From: Minisyncoccota bacterium
GTDB lineage: Bacteria; Patescibacteriota; Minisyncoccia; Phycocordibacterales; UBA9973
NCBI GenBank assembly: GCA_041648595.1
Contig: JBAZOQ010000001.1
Coordinates: 14,002-78,001, forward strand
Reading direction: 5' to 3'
DNA: 64,000 nt
The notes below the pieces were generated by a model. That model was given only the letters and a program-made list of their open reading frames with translations. It was not told the origin of the DNA and searched no databases. The translations under genes and the position numbers were made by a program. The stretch's first letter is position 1. The number at the start of each line of letters is the position of its first letter. This document shows positions 37,953 to 47,995 of this stretch, one piece after another.

Positions 37953-38874
37953 TGAGGCAGGGGAGAGTATACACAAGACAGTTCTTTTAAATGAAACAAT
38001 AGAAGGTTTAGGGCTCTCCAGAAGCCAGGCTTTGGGGATTTCTAAAAGCATGGCTTCAGAAAAGATTATTCTTGATGCGACATTTGGTGGTGGTGGACAT
38101 TCTAGAGAAATTTTAGAAAGATATCCTGAAATAAAAATAGTTGCACTAGATCAAGATAAAGATACTTGGAAAAAAGCAGAAAATAAATTTAAAGGTTTAG
38201 AAAAAAGAATATCATTTTTAAATATTAATTTTAGAGATATTAAAGAAGATGATAAATTTGATGGAATTATTTTTGATTTAGGTTTGAGTTCTGATCAGTT
38301 AGAAAATTCTGGACGAGGATTTTCTTTTATAAAAGATGAGCCATTGCTCATGACTATGAAAGAAAATCCTCTGCCAGAAGATCTTACAGCCATAGACATA
38401 GTAAATGGTTGGAGTGAAAAAAGTTTGGCAGATATTATTTATGGTTATGGTGAAGAAAGATTTTCTAGGAGAATAGCGAAGGGTATAGTAGAAGCAAGAA
38501 AAAAAAATAGAATTGAGAGGACGACAGATTTGGTAAAAATAATTAGTGAAAGTGTTCCATCGACATACAGAAAACAAAGGTTACATTTTGCCACAAGAAC
38601 ATTTCAAGCATTACGTATAGCAGTAAATGATGAATTAGGTGCTCTTCAAATAGGACTGGAAAAAGGATTGAAAATTTTAAATAAAGGAGGAAGGATGGCA
38701 GTAATTTCTTTTCATAGTTTAGAAGATAGAATTGTTAAAAGATTTTTTAAAGAAAAAGAAAGAAACGGAGAAGTATTTTTAATAAACAAGAGACCAATAA
38801 TAGCAGGAGAAAAAGAAATAAAAAATAATGCGAGATCAAGAAGTGCAAAATTACGAATTTTAGAAAAAATTTAA
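37942..38874 (+). CDS. rsmH: 16S rRNA m4C1402 methyltransferase
   Basis: DATFGGGGHS, DLGLSS, FQALRIAVN.EL, ISFHSLEDR, RSRSAKLR. Confidence 0.97.
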   Translation: MMINEAGESIHKTVLLNETIEGLGLSRSQALGISKSMASEKIILDATFGGGGHSREILERYPEIKIVALDQDKDTWKKAENKFKGLEKRISFLNINFRDIKEDDKFDGIIFDLGLSSDQLENSGRGFSFIKDEPLLMTMKENPLPEDLTAIDIVNGWSEKSLADIIYGYGEERFSRRIAKGIVEARKKNRIERTTDLVKIISESVPSTYRKQRLHFATRTFQALRIAVNDELGALQIGLEKGLKILNKGGRMAVISFHSLEDRIVKRFFKEKERNGEVFLINKRPIIAGEKEIKNNARSRSAKLRILEKI

Positions 38875-38942
38875 TCCGCCAAAATTTTTCACAAGATTAA
38901 GGCGAGACATTTAAAAATATAATATTAAAAATTTAGGTGGAT
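38874..38942 (+). repeat. Intergenic hairpin element, family B (rsmH-ftsL)
   Basis: ATCCGCCAAAATTTTT...AAAAATTTAGGTGGAT. Confidence 0.85.
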
Positions 38943-38946
38943 AAAT

Positions 38947-39300
38947 ATGAAAGAAGTAAGTTTAAAATTAAAGAGTTTTGCAGGTAATGTAAATATCATT
39001 GATAATGGTAATTTACAAAGGAGGATTTTATATACGATGCTTTATGTGCTTGCAGGACTTGCTTTTTTCTATGTTTTTCTTTTAGGAAATATGATTTTTA
39101 ATATTGTAGAACGAAAAACACTTGAAAGTCATGCTTTAACATTACAGAACGAAGTTGGTAATCTAGAATTAGAATACCTTTCTTTGTCTCAAAAAGTAGA
39201 TCTTAATCTTGCATATTCTTTAGGTTTTAAAGAAACAAAAACGAAATTTGCAACACGAAAAGCTCTTGGTAGTATAAGTATCGCTAAAAATGAAATCTAG
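38947..39300 (+). CDS. FtsL-like cell division protein
   Basis: Lies between rsmH and a PBP gene; TM helix plus coiled coil. Confidence 0.65.
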   Translation: MKEVSLKLKSFAGNVNIIDNGNLQRRILYTMLYVLAGLAFFYVFLLGNMIFNIVERKTLESHALTLQNEVGNLELEYLSLSQKVDLNLAYSLGFKETKTKFATRKALGSISIAKNEI

Positions 39301-40999
39301 TTTTATTTTAAGGAATAGAATTATATTTTTTTGTATCTTTATTTTTGCTCTTATATTGATAGGAAAGCTTTTTTTAGTACAAGTTGTTCATAGTAACGAT
39401 TATTCTCTACGTGCTGATAGACAATATTCTACGCCATCTTCAAATATTTTTGAACGTGGAACTATTTATTTTTCACGCAAAGATGATCAACTTGTTTCTG
39501 CTGCTATGCAGACTACAGGATTTAAAGTAGCAATTAACCCAATAAAAGTACTCGATAAAGAATTAACTTATCAAGAATTATCAAAAGTTATAAAAATAGA
39601 CCACGATGAGTATTTAATAAAGGCTAATAAAGAAAATGATCCTTATGAAGAGATAGCGACCCATCTTTCAAAAGAGCAAGCTGATGCTATATCTCTTTTG
39701 AAAATTCCTGGTTTATCTATTTATAAAGAGAAATGGCGTTTTTATCCTGGAAGTAATTTAGCAGCACAGTCATTGGGTTTCGTAGCTTATAATAATAATG
39801 ATCTTGCTGGACGTTATGGGCTTGAAAGACAATATAATGATTTACTTTCTAGAAATAAAAATAATCCATATGTAAATTTTTTTGCTGAAGTTTTTTCTAA
39901 TATTAATAAAACATTATTTAGTGATGATACAAAAGAAGGAGATATTGTAACGACGATAGAACCGAATGTTCAAAGTTTCTTGGAAGACACACTAGAGAGT
40001 GTTAAAGAAAAATATCAAATTGACTCTATTGGTGGAATAATAATGAATCCTACTGATGGTTCTATTTATGCACTTTCCAGTAAGCCGGATTTTGATTTAA
40101 ATGATTTTTCGGAAGTTAAAACTTCTACTTTTTCTAATCCATTAGTAGAAAATGTTTTTGAATTTGGATCTGTAGTAAAACCTTTAGTAGTAGCAGGAGC
40201 ATTAGATGCAGGTGTAATTAAGGCAGATACGACATATAATGATAACGGATCAGTAGTCGTTGAGAAACATACAATATCTAACTTTGATAAACAAGCTAGA
40301 GGACCTGGTACAACAATGCAAGATGTTTTAACACAATCATTGAATACTGGAATGGTTTTTATAGAGCAAAAATTAGGTAAAGAAAAATTACGTGATTATT
40401 TATTATCTTTTGGTATAAAAGATAAGACAGGTATTGATTTGCCAAATGAAACGAGTGGTTTAGTTTCTAATATAATGACTAGTCCTCGTGAGATTGAATA
40501 TGCGAATGCTGCTTTTGGACAAGGTATAGCTATGACTCCAATAGAATTAGTGCGAGCGTTGGCATCATTATCAAATGGTGGAAAATTGGTTACACCACAT
40601 CTTGTTAAAACTATAAAATATGATGATGGTACAGAGAAAAATATTGTATATGAAACAAAACCTGTAAAAATATCTGAAGCGACTAGTACGGAGATTACGC
40701 GTATGCTTGTAAATGTTATGGATCAAGACAAGATAGGAAATGGAGAACTGGAACATTATAGTGTTGCAATAAAAACTGGTACTGCACAAGTTGCAGATAA
40801 AGAAACAGGCGGGTATTATGATGATAGGCATATGCATTCTTTTTTTGGATATTTTCCAGCTTATGAGCCTAAGTTTATTGTTTTTCTTTATGCAATAAAT
40901 CCTAAAGGTGTGCTTTATTCAATTCAGACATGGGCAGATCCTTTTGTTAGTGTTGCAAAATTTTTAGTTAATTATTATGAAGTTCCACCTGACAGATAA
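39290..40999 (+). CDS. ftsI: Class B penicillin-binding protein (FtsI-like)
   Basis: FEFGSVVK (SxxK), SLN, KTGTAQ; dcw context. Confidence 0.85.
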   Translation: MKSSFILRNRIIFFCIFIFALILIGKLFLVQVVHSNDYSLRADRQYSTPSSNIFERGTIYFSRKDDQLVSAAMQTTGFKVAINPIKVLDKELTYQELSKVIKIDHDEYLIKANKENDPYEEIATHLSKEQADAISLLKIPGLSIYKEKWRFYPGSNLAAQSLGFVAYNNNDLAGRYGLERQYNDLLSRNKNNPYVNFFAEVFSNINKTLFSDDTKEGDIVTTIEPNVQSFLEDTLESVKEKYQIDSIGGIIMNPTDGSIYALSSKPDFDLNDFSEVKTSTFSNPLVENVFEFGSVVKPLVVAGALDAGVIKADTTYNDNGSVVVEKHTISNFDKQARGPGTTMQDVLTQSLNTGMVFIEQKLGKEKLRDYLLSFGIKDKTGIDLPNETSGLVSNIMTSPREIEYANAAFGQGIAMTPIELVRALASLSNGGKLVTPHLVKTIKYDDGTEKNIVYETKPVKISEATSTEITRMLVNVMDQDKIGNGELEHYSVAIKTGTAQVADKETGGYYDDRHMHSFFGYFPAYEPKFIVFLYAINPKGVLYSIQTWADPFVSVAKFLVNYYEVPPDR

Positions 41000-41002
41000 A
41001 AG

Positions 41003-41115
41003 ATGAATCCACCAAAATTTTTTAACAGAGAAATATTATAAATTAATTTATTTTTTTATATCAATCATATAATCTTTTAATAGATAAGTAGGTTAGGTAT
41101 AAAATTTAGGCGGAT
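41003..41115 (+). repeat. Start-codon hairpin element, family B, upstream of murF
   Basis: ATGAAT-CCACCAAAATTT...AAATTTAGGCGG-ATGAAA. Confidence 0.88.
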
Positions 41116-42409
41116 GAAAACAATTTTTAAAAAAATAATAGTATACATATTACAAATAGAATCACGATTGGTTCTTTGGAAATATAAACCCAAAATTGTA
41201 TCTATTACTGGATCAGTGGGTAAAACTTCTACAAAAGATGCAGTTTTTGCTGTTATTTCTCTCATTTCTTATGTTCGTAAAAGTGAAAAAAGTTATAACA
41301 GTGAAATAGGATTACCTCTAACGATATTGGGGTGTCCTAATGGATGGAATAATCCTTTTATGTGGTTTTTAAATATATTAAAGGGGTTTTGGCTTTTTGT
41401 TTGGCCACATAAATATCCTAAATGGTTAGTGCTTGAGGTTGGTATTGGTAAACCAGGTGATATGCATCGTACTGCTTCTTGGCTTCAAAGTGATGTAGTG
41501 ATAATTACAGCAATAGGAGATACTCCATCACACATTGAATTTTTTGAATCACGTAAACATTTAATAGAAGAAAAGAGTAGGCTTATAAAAACTTTGAAAA
41601 AAGATGGACTTTTAATATTGAATAATGATGATGAGACAGTATCTGAAATGAGAGAAAAAATAAAGAACATTGTTGTGACTTTTGGTTTTAAAGAAGGTTC
41701 TAATATAAGAGCATCAGAAGATAGTATTTTATATACAGAAGATGAGATACCAGAAGGTTTGATTTTTAGAATAGACGAAGATGGTAATAGTTTGCCGGTG
41801 ACTATAGAAGGAGTATTTGGTAGAAATCACATATATGCTTCACTTGGTGCTCTTGCTCTTTCTTCCGGTTTGAAATTTAATATGCTTGATTCTATTAATA
41901 GACTTAAAAATTATAGTGTCCCACCTGGACGTATGCGTCTTTTGGATGGTATAAATGATTCTCTTATAATAGATGATACTTATAATTCTTCTCCTTATGC
42001 TTGTGAATTTGCCCTTAAAACTTTGAAAGAGGTGAAATTAATAGGTAGAAAGATTGCTATTTTAGGAGATATGTTAGAGCTTGGTCGTCACACAGAAGAA
42101 GCGCATAAAAATATTGGTAAAATTGCAAAAGAAAATTCTGACATACTTATTGTAGTAGGACTTAGAGCTAAAAAAATAAAAGAAGGTGCGAAAGAAGCTG
42201 GAATGAACGATATGAATATTTTTGAATTTTTGAATTCACACGAAGTAGGAAAGTTTCTAAAAACATTTGTACAAAAAAATGATCTTGTTCTTATTAAAGG
42301 TTCACAAGGAATGAGAATGGAGAGGGTAGTAGAATCTATATTGAAAGATAAAAAAAATAAGTATCAACTTCTTGTTCGTCAAGACGAAGAGTGGAAAAAG
42401 AAGAAATAA
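41114..42409 (+). CDS. murF: UDP-MurNAc-tripeptide:D-Ala-D-Ala ligase
   Basis: ITGSVGKTSTK, NSEIGLPLT, IDDTYNSSP, LGDMLELG, KGSQGMRME. Confidence 0.93.
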   Translation: MKTIFKKIIVYILQIESRLVLWKYKPKIVSITGSVGKTSTKDAVFAVISLISYVRKSEKSYNSEIGLPLTILGCPNGWNNPFMWFLNILKGFWLFVWPHKYPKWLVLEVGIGKPGDMHRTASWLQSDVVIITAIGDTPSHIEFFESRKHLIEEKSRLIKTLKKDGLLILNNDDETVSEMREKIKNIVVTFGFKEGSNIRASEDSILYTEDEIPEGLIFRIDEDGNSLPVTIEGVFGRNHIYASLGALALSSGLKFNMLDSINRLKNYSVPPGRMRLLDGINDSLIIDDTYNSSPYACEFALKTLKEVKLIGRKIAILGDMLELGRHTEEAHKNIGKIAKENSDILIVVGLRAKKIKEGAKEAGMNDMNIFEFLNSHEVGKFLKTFVQKNDLVLIKGSQGMRMERVVESILKDKKNKYQLLVRQDEEWKKKK

Positions 42410-42438
42410 AAATTGGCGGAACACAATGTCCGCCTTTT

Positions 42439-42579
42439 TTAAAATTCTTCAAATTTATCTAAAATTTTTTTATAGAAATTTGTTTTAAAAACAAATTTTT
42501 CTGTCAGGAATGCAATTCCTAAAAAAATTATTAAAGCACTAAAAATATAAATAGCAAGAACAAAATCTCCGTAACTCAT
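42439..42579 (-). CDS. 46-aa membrane peptide (not in the ORF track)
   Basis: AAGGAG-6nt-ATG; MSYGDFVLAIYIFSALIIFLGIAFLTEKFVFKTNFYKKILDKFEEF; TTGACA/TATACT promoter-like boxes upstream. Confidence 0.55.
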   Translation of the reverse strand: MSYGDFVLAIYIFSALIIFLGIAFLTEKFVFKTNFYKKILDKFEEF

Positions 42580-42721
42580 CTTGAACTCCTTTTTGTTGAT
42601 AAATCTTATACAAGTATAGCATATTGTTATCTATTTGTCAAGTATTCTAAGTTTGTAAAAAAATAACTCTTGTGTTATAATTAAAACAGAAATAAAGTAA
42701 TTTTTTTAAAAAGGAGAAAAA

Positions 42722-43153
42722 ATGAAAAATGTTCTTTATGTGATTAATCACGTAGAAATTATTTTTTGTTTCAATTTAGTTTTTTCCTTTTTGGGAATAA
42801 TTATTTTGAAGAAAAGACGAATTTATAAAAATTATGCCTCTTATATAATCCTTACTAGATTAATAATAATATTGATTTTTATTAATTTTATAATAATTTT
42901 TACACACATTGAAGTTTCAAATCAAATAGGAGAAAAGATGCATCTTTTGAATTCAATTCTTGGATCTATTAAAATTGAATTTTTTGGTTTTTTGATGTCT
43001 TTTATATTATTAATTTCTTTTATAGAGATTTTTTACAAACCAGAAGATTCATTTTATATAAAATTTCTTGTAATTATGTTCGCTGTTTTTTTTGTAAGTA
43101 CAGCAATAATAACCATAGTGTTGTATGTTTTAAATATACTAGTACCAACATAA
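42722..43153 (+). CDS. Hypothetical four-TM protein
   Basis: AAGGAG upstream; hydrophobic. Confidence 0.6.
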   Translation: MKNVLYVINHVEIIFCFNLVFSFLGIIILKKRRIYKNYASYIILTRLIIILIFINFIIIFTHIEVSNQIGEKMHLLNSILGSIKIEFFGFLMSFILLISFIEIFYKPEDSFYIKFLVIMFAVFFVSTAIITIVLYVLNILVPT

Positions 43154-43168
43154 TATGTTGGTACTTTT

Positions 43169-43633
43169 TTATAAACTAGGATTAATTAAGTTTGCTATTA
43201 TTAACACTATTCCAGCACCCAGGAGACATCCTGCCATTTTTCCTATAGATGAGCCAAGCATTGTACGTTCTTCTGATATTTTGCTTTCCCTTAATCTTTC
43301 TGCCATATGACCCTCAAAAACACCTGCTATGCCATCTGTAATAGCATTTCCGACGACTCCACCAATGATTGCACCAGCTATACCAGCTATTGATCCTCCA
43401 ATGATTGCCAAAATAGCTAAAATACCATTATCAATTATACCAAATATAATGTCTGGCCAGACATTTTTTATTGTAATTTTAAAAAACTCTAAAGAAACAA
43501 GACATAAAAATCCTAAGGTTAATATAACCCAACCAATAATCTTTACATCATAAATAAAAAAAGCACTTATTAAAAATATAATAATACACAAAGTAGCAAC
43601 TTTTATCATTGCTATAATAAATTTTTTATTCAT
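43169..43633 (-). CDS. Gly-rich membrane protein
   Basis: FGIIDNG, GNAITDGIAG, GKMAGCLLG. Confidence 0.75.
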   Translation of the reverse strand: MNKKFIIAMIKVATLCIIIFLISAFFIYDVKIIGWVILTLGFLCLVSLEFFKITIKNVWPDIIFGIIDNGILAILAIIGGSIAGIAGAIIGGVVGNAITDGIAGVFEGHMAERLRESKISEERTMLGSSIGKMAGCLLGAGIVLIIANLINPSL

Positions 43634-43688
43634 TCATATATTATACTTTAAAATAAAAAAATAGCCCCATAAGGACTATTTTAAGTGT

Positions 43689-43790
43689 CTATTCAGCTGG
43701 TGTTGCTTCAGGAGTTGGAGTTTCTGGAGTTGTAGGACAAGTACATGGTTCATTTCCACATACAGGACATTTTGTTTTTACTTCGTCCAT
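43689..43790 (-). CDS. 33-aa Cys-rich microprotein (not in the ORF track)
   Basis: MDEVKTKCPVCGNEPCTCPTTPETPTPEATPAE; coding-like composition; followed by a hairpin and T tract. Confidence 0.65.
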   Translation of the reverse strand: MDEVKTKCPVCGNEPCTCPTTPETPTPEATPAE

Positions 43791-44008
43791 AATTTGCGTA
43801 AGTTAAATGATAATTGCATCGACAAATACGTAGACTACTACGCATCTACCCTACATATCTATTATATTATAAAAAAAAATATAAATCAAATAAATTTATA
43901 AATAATCAATGCTGAAATTGTTTCAATATTAAGAGATGCAATAAGTAAAGTTTAATTAAATAATTAAAAGTGGTTAATTTTTATAGTTTTTAGTATAATA
44001 TATTATAT

Positions 44009-44542
44009 ATGAATGAATCATTAAAAAATAAAAATGATATAAAAGATAATGAAAAAGGAAGTTTTGAGATAAAAAAACATGGTGGAATTGTTTTAAGAAA
44101 TATTCCTTTTTGCGAAATACTTGAAAACGAAAAAGAATATAAAGAAAGTAAAGAAAGAAAAAAGGCAATTAGTGATCTTTTAAAGATATGGGATCATTTT
44201 TTTATAGCAGAAGTATCAAATAATGTAAAAGGAGCATTGAAAAGCCCCAAAGGTTTTGAAAGATTTATTGATAGTCTTTTAGACGTAAAAGATGATAATT
44301 TTGATTTAAGAAATTTCCTTGAAGGTAGTTTGTCAGAGTTTGAATCGTTGAAGGATTCTTTTGAAACTATAAAAGAAAAATTTTTAGAGGACAGATTAGA
44401 TTTTAAAGATACAGATGATATGGATTTAAATGATGAATTGAAATCTAAATTAGAAACACAACTTAAATGGATAGATGAAAAATTTAAAACAGTAGAAGAT
44501 CTAATTGAATATATCAAATTAAAAATAACAGAATTATTATAA
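44009..44542 (+). CDS. Hypothetical charged protein
   Basis: 177-aa ORF with TATAAT upstream. Confidence 0.65.
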   Translation: MNESLKNKNDIKDNEKGSFEIKKHGGIVLRNIPFCEILENEKEYKESKERKKAISDLLKIWDHFFIAEVSNNVKGALKSPKGFERFIDSLLDVKDDNFDLRNFLEGSLSEFESLKDSFETIKEKFLEDRLDFKDTDDMDLNDELKSKLETQLKWIDEKFKTVEDLIEYIKLKITELL

Positions 44543-44544
44543 AT

Positions 44545-44619
44545 TGGTGACCCTACAGAGAATCGGACTCTGATTTTATCCTTGAGAAGGATACGTCCTG
44601 ACCGTTAGACGATAGGGCC
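44545..44619 (-). tRNA. tRNA-Glu(CTC), CCA encoded
   Basis: tatcc-ttctcaa-ggata; paralogous to the tRNA at 28713-28787. Confidence 0.93.
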
Positions 44620-44722
44620 ATGTAAAAAATATAGCATTTTTTAGCAAAAAAGAAAAAACGCATAACCAATTGTGTGGAAATACGTTTTTTAGTACGATTG
44701 TGGGTGTACTTATTAAAAATTT

Positions 44723-44902
44723 CTAATTTAGAAGCATATTTTGAGAATAGAGTTCAGAAGATTTTCTGTTTTCTCTTTCTCTTTCTTCTCTTGACCTTCT
44801 TAAGAGGATTACAATTTCCTCTTTTTTCTCTCTTTTGATATTCCTGTGACAGAACATCTTTTTAATCTTGTTCGGTAAATTAACCTTTTTTGATTTGGGC
44901 AT
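44723..44902 (-). CDS. 59-aa basic hypothetical protein (not in the ORF track)
   Basis: AAGGAG upstream; MPKSKKVNLPNKIKK... Confidence 0.45.
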   Translation of the reverse strand: MPKSKKVNLPNKIKKMFCHRNIKREKKEEIVILLRRSREERERENRKSSELYSQNMLLN

Positions 44903-45068
44903 AACGTATCTCCTTAAAAAATAAAAAATTAGTTAATTTGACTCAATATAAAAGAACATAGAATATTGAATCTGTAAAGATTATACATTACTTTAATATA
45001 AATAGCAATAAAAACTGTGGAAAAGTCTTTTTTTTGTTAGTCTTTCAGTTTTGCTTGCCCGCCCTAAA

Positions 45069-46127
45069 TTAATCTTCATTTTGGTGGGGTTTTTCTATTG
45101 AAAGAGTAGAAAGTTCTGGTGAAGTGCCTGCTATACGAAGCACGTCTTTGTCTATTTTTTTTAATTCTTTATTTGAAGCATTATAGTGATTTACTACAGT
45201 ACCTAAAGCATTACCAAGTTTGTCGTGATATTCATCAAAAGATTTTAAGTGTTTTCCGAGATCTTCCACCTTCTTTATTATTTCTTTTGCCGACTCTTCT
45301 ATTTTGAGAGCTTTGAGTCCTTGTAATACAGTTTGTAAATATGCAAGGAAAGAAGTTGGAGATGTGATGATGACTTTATATTTTCCAGCTGCTCGTTGAA
45401 TCAAATTTTCATTTTCATTGTCGTTTATATTTGCTGCACCAACTTTATTTGTAAGGAGATCATAGTAGATAGCTTCATGTGGAATAAACATAAAAGCGAA
45501 GTCTGTAGTACCTTTTCCAGGTTGTATATATTTTGCAGTTTCTGTAATTCTATTTTTTAGATCATTTATAAAAATTGTTTCTAATTTTTTCTTTTCAGCT
45601 ACATTTTGCTCTTCAGCCATTTTATTATAATTTTCAAGAGAAAATTTTGAATCTATAGGAATTATTTTATCTTTTACAAATACTACAGCATCGACAATAG
45701 TGCCATCTGGAAATGGGTATTGCATTTGATAAGACCCAGGCGGAAGGACATTTTTTAAAACTGTCTCTAGGTAGTATTCACCAAGTATACCTCGTTGTTT
45801 TGGATTTTTTAGTATATCTTGCAGGCTTTGTAGTTGATCAGCAAAAGAAATGACTTGTTTATTCGTCTCATCGAGCCTTGTGAGTCTTTCTGTAACATCA
45901 CGGATTATTTCATTTGATTGAGATGAATGAAATTTTAAACTTTCTTGGACTTGTTTGTGTGATTCTCCAAGTTTATTATCTACTGTGCGAGATAATTCAT
46001 TTAATTGAGTTAGAATAAGGTTTAAACCAGTGTCATTTTCAGGTTTATTATTTTTCTTTTCAAGTAAAAAATATAGAATAATTCCTATTATTAAAACTAT
46101 TATTATAATTATTAAAATGTTTTCCAT
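45069..46127 (-). CDS. rmuC: DNA recombination protein RmuC
   Basis: RGILGE..LE, IDSKF, FMFIPHE, SPTSFLAYL. Confidence 0.92.
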   Translation of the reverse strand: MENILIIIIIVLIIGIILYFLLEKKNNKPENDTGLNLILTQLNELSRTVDNKLGESHKQVQESLKFHSSQSNEIIRDVTERLTRLDETNKQVISFADQLQSLQDILKNPKQRGILGEYYLETVLKNVLPPGSYQMQYPFPDGTIVDAVVFVKDKIIPIDSKFSLENYNKMAEEQNVAEKKKLETIFINDLKNRITETAKYIQPGKGTTDFAFMFIPHEAIYYDLLTNKVGAANINDNENENLIQRAAGKYKVIITSPTSFLAYLQTVLQGLKALKIEESAKEIIKKVEDLGKHLKSFDEYHDKLGNALGTVVNHYNASNKELKKIDKDVLRIAGTSPELSTLSIEKPHQNED

Positions 46128-46150
46128 AAATTCTTTTCAAATAAACTATA

Positions 46151-46876
46151 CTATTTTCTCAGATAATATTTTAGTGTATAAATCCAATCTTCATCTTCTC
46201 CATTTTCTTTTTCTTTTGTTTCTAAGAACCATTGTAAATAACCACGATCAATCTTTGAGACATTTTCTACTGTTTTACCCATATGTTTGCCGAAAGAAAA
46301 CGAGTACATAAGTGAAGGTTTAGAAGATATATCAATCATATTTTTTAATACTTCTTTATCACTAATTTGCCCATTGGTGGATTCCTTTTTTATTTTATCA
46401 AAAAGTCTTTCAAATAATTTTTCTAAGACCAATACATCACCTAATGCATCATGTGCCATAGCATCTATTTCTATATCTAAAAAGTATCTGAGGAATTGTA
46501 GTTTATGTTGAGGAAGTTTATTTTCTTTGTCTAGTGCACGAGCTACACGTAATGTGCAAATAATATTTTTAGGATTAATTTTTTCTTTTTTTATTATTGC
46601 TAAATCGAATTTTGCATTATGAGCTACTAGTATAGAATCTTTATCTTCAAAAAGATTTTTTATTTTTTTGTAATCATTACTTTCTTGAAAAGATACTTTG
46701 TTTTCTACCATTTTATTTGTTATGTGATGTACAGCAGAAGCTTCTGCAGGAATTTTTATTTCTGGTTTATATAACTCACAAAATGTTTCATTGTTGGTTT
46801 TATAAGCTAGTTGGCACAAAAAATCTGTATTATTTACACCTGTAGTTTCTGTATCAAAAAATATAATCTTTTGCAT
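46151..46876 (-). CDS. DEDDh 3'-5' exonuclease (ExoX/DnaQ-like)
   Basis: FDTETTG, AHNAKFD, AHDALGDV, FGKH.G. Confidence 0.9.
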   Translation of the reverse strand: MQKIIFFDTETTGVNNTDFLCQLAYKTNNETFCELYKPEIKIPAEASAVHHITNKMVENKVSFQESNDYKKIKNLFEDKDSILVAHNAKFDLAIIKKEKINPKNIICTLRVARALDKENKLPQHKLQFLRYFLDIEIDAMAHDALGDVLVLEKLFERLFDKIKKESTNGQISDKEVLKNMIDISSKPSLMYSFSFGKHMGKTVENVSKIDRGYLQWFLETKEKENGEDEDWIYTLKYYLRK

Positions 46877-46912
46877 AGTGTTATTTTAGCATATTTTTGG
46901 TATAATGTAATA

Positions 46913-47368
46913 ATGTTACACGAGCAAATAAAAAATAATATAAAAGACGCTATGTTGGCAAAAAATATTGTTTTGCTTGAGACTTTACGTTCTATGATAG
47001 CTTCATTTACGAATGAACTTATTTCAAAGTCGAGGAAACCTAATGAATTTTTGTCTAATGAAGAAGTGATAGCAGTGATAACTCGTCTGGCAAAGCAAAG
47101 AAAAGATTCTATAGAACAATATTCAAAAGGTAATCGCCAAGATTTAGTTGATGAGGAATCAGCGCAGTTGGTTATTTTAGAGACTTATTTACCTAAATTG
47201 ATGGAAAAAAGTGAGATAGAAAAAATTGCGAAAGATAAAAAAGAAGAGCTTGGTATTAATGACGGAATAAAAAAGGGAATGTTGATGCAAGCTTTAATGA
47301 AAGAATTGAAAGGTAAAGCGGATGGAGCAGTTGTGAAAGAAGTCGTAGATAATCTTTTTAAAATTTAA
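46913..47368 (+). CDS. GatB/YqeY domain protein
   Basis: KQRKDSIEQY...R.DL..E, YLP, GKADG. Confidence 0.9.
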   Translation: MLHEQIKNNIKDAMLAKNIVLLETLRSMIASFTNELISKSRKPNEFLSNEEVIAVITRLAKQRKDSIEQYSKGNRQDLVDEESAQLVILETYLPKLMEKSEIEKIAKDKKEELGINDGIKKGMLMQALMKELKGKADGAVVKEVVDNLFKI

Positions 47369-47371
47369 AGT

Positions 47372-47995
47372 ATGTATACAGTTAATTTTTTAACTACTTT
47401 AGTAGAAAACCATCAGATATTAGCTTATCTTGTTATTTTTCTTGGGCTCATATTTGAAGGAGAGGTAGTTGTCATTAGCACTGGAGTTTTAGCTTATCTT
47501 GGAGCTTTGGATTTTACATTATCACTTATTTTTATTTTTGCCGGTAGTTTCGTAAAAACTTTTGCTTTGTATTATATAGGGGAAGTAATGAATTCTAAAT
47601 TTAGTCACAGTAAATTTTTTCAATATATAGAAAGGAGAGTATTTTATTTTATGCCGAGATTTAAACAAAAACCTTTTTGGTCTATTTTTCTTTCAAAATT
47701 TATTATGGGGACGAATTATTTGGTTATTTTATTTTCTGGATATAACAGAATCAGCATGAAGACTTTTATAAAAGCAGAAATTATTTCTACCATTATTTGG
47801 GCGCCAGCGCTTTTATCATTGGGATATTTTTTCAGTCAGACAGCTCTTGCTTTCAGTAAGGAAATAAGTAAGTTCTCTTTTATTATTCTTGTTTTATTGA
47901 TAGTATTTTTACTTTTTGATAAATTAATGGCTGCTTTTTATAGAGTTTTTGAGTTTTTAAAGAATACTACTAGTAATAACAATGGAAATGAATAA
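47372..47995 (+). CDS. DedA/VTT family membrane protein
   Basis: EGE...G motif; Y.IG; SKF; G....F pattern. Confidence 0.85.
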   Translation: MYTVNFLTTLVENHQILAYLVIFLGLIFEGEVVVISTGVLAYLGALDFTLSLIFIFAGSFVKTFALYYIGEVMNSKFSHSKFFQYIERRVFYFMPRFKQKPFWSIFLSKFIMGTNYLVILFSGYNRISMKTFIKAEIISTIIWAPALLSLGYFFSQTALAFSKEISKFSFIILVLLIVFLLFDKLMAAFYRVFEFLKNTTSNNNGNE

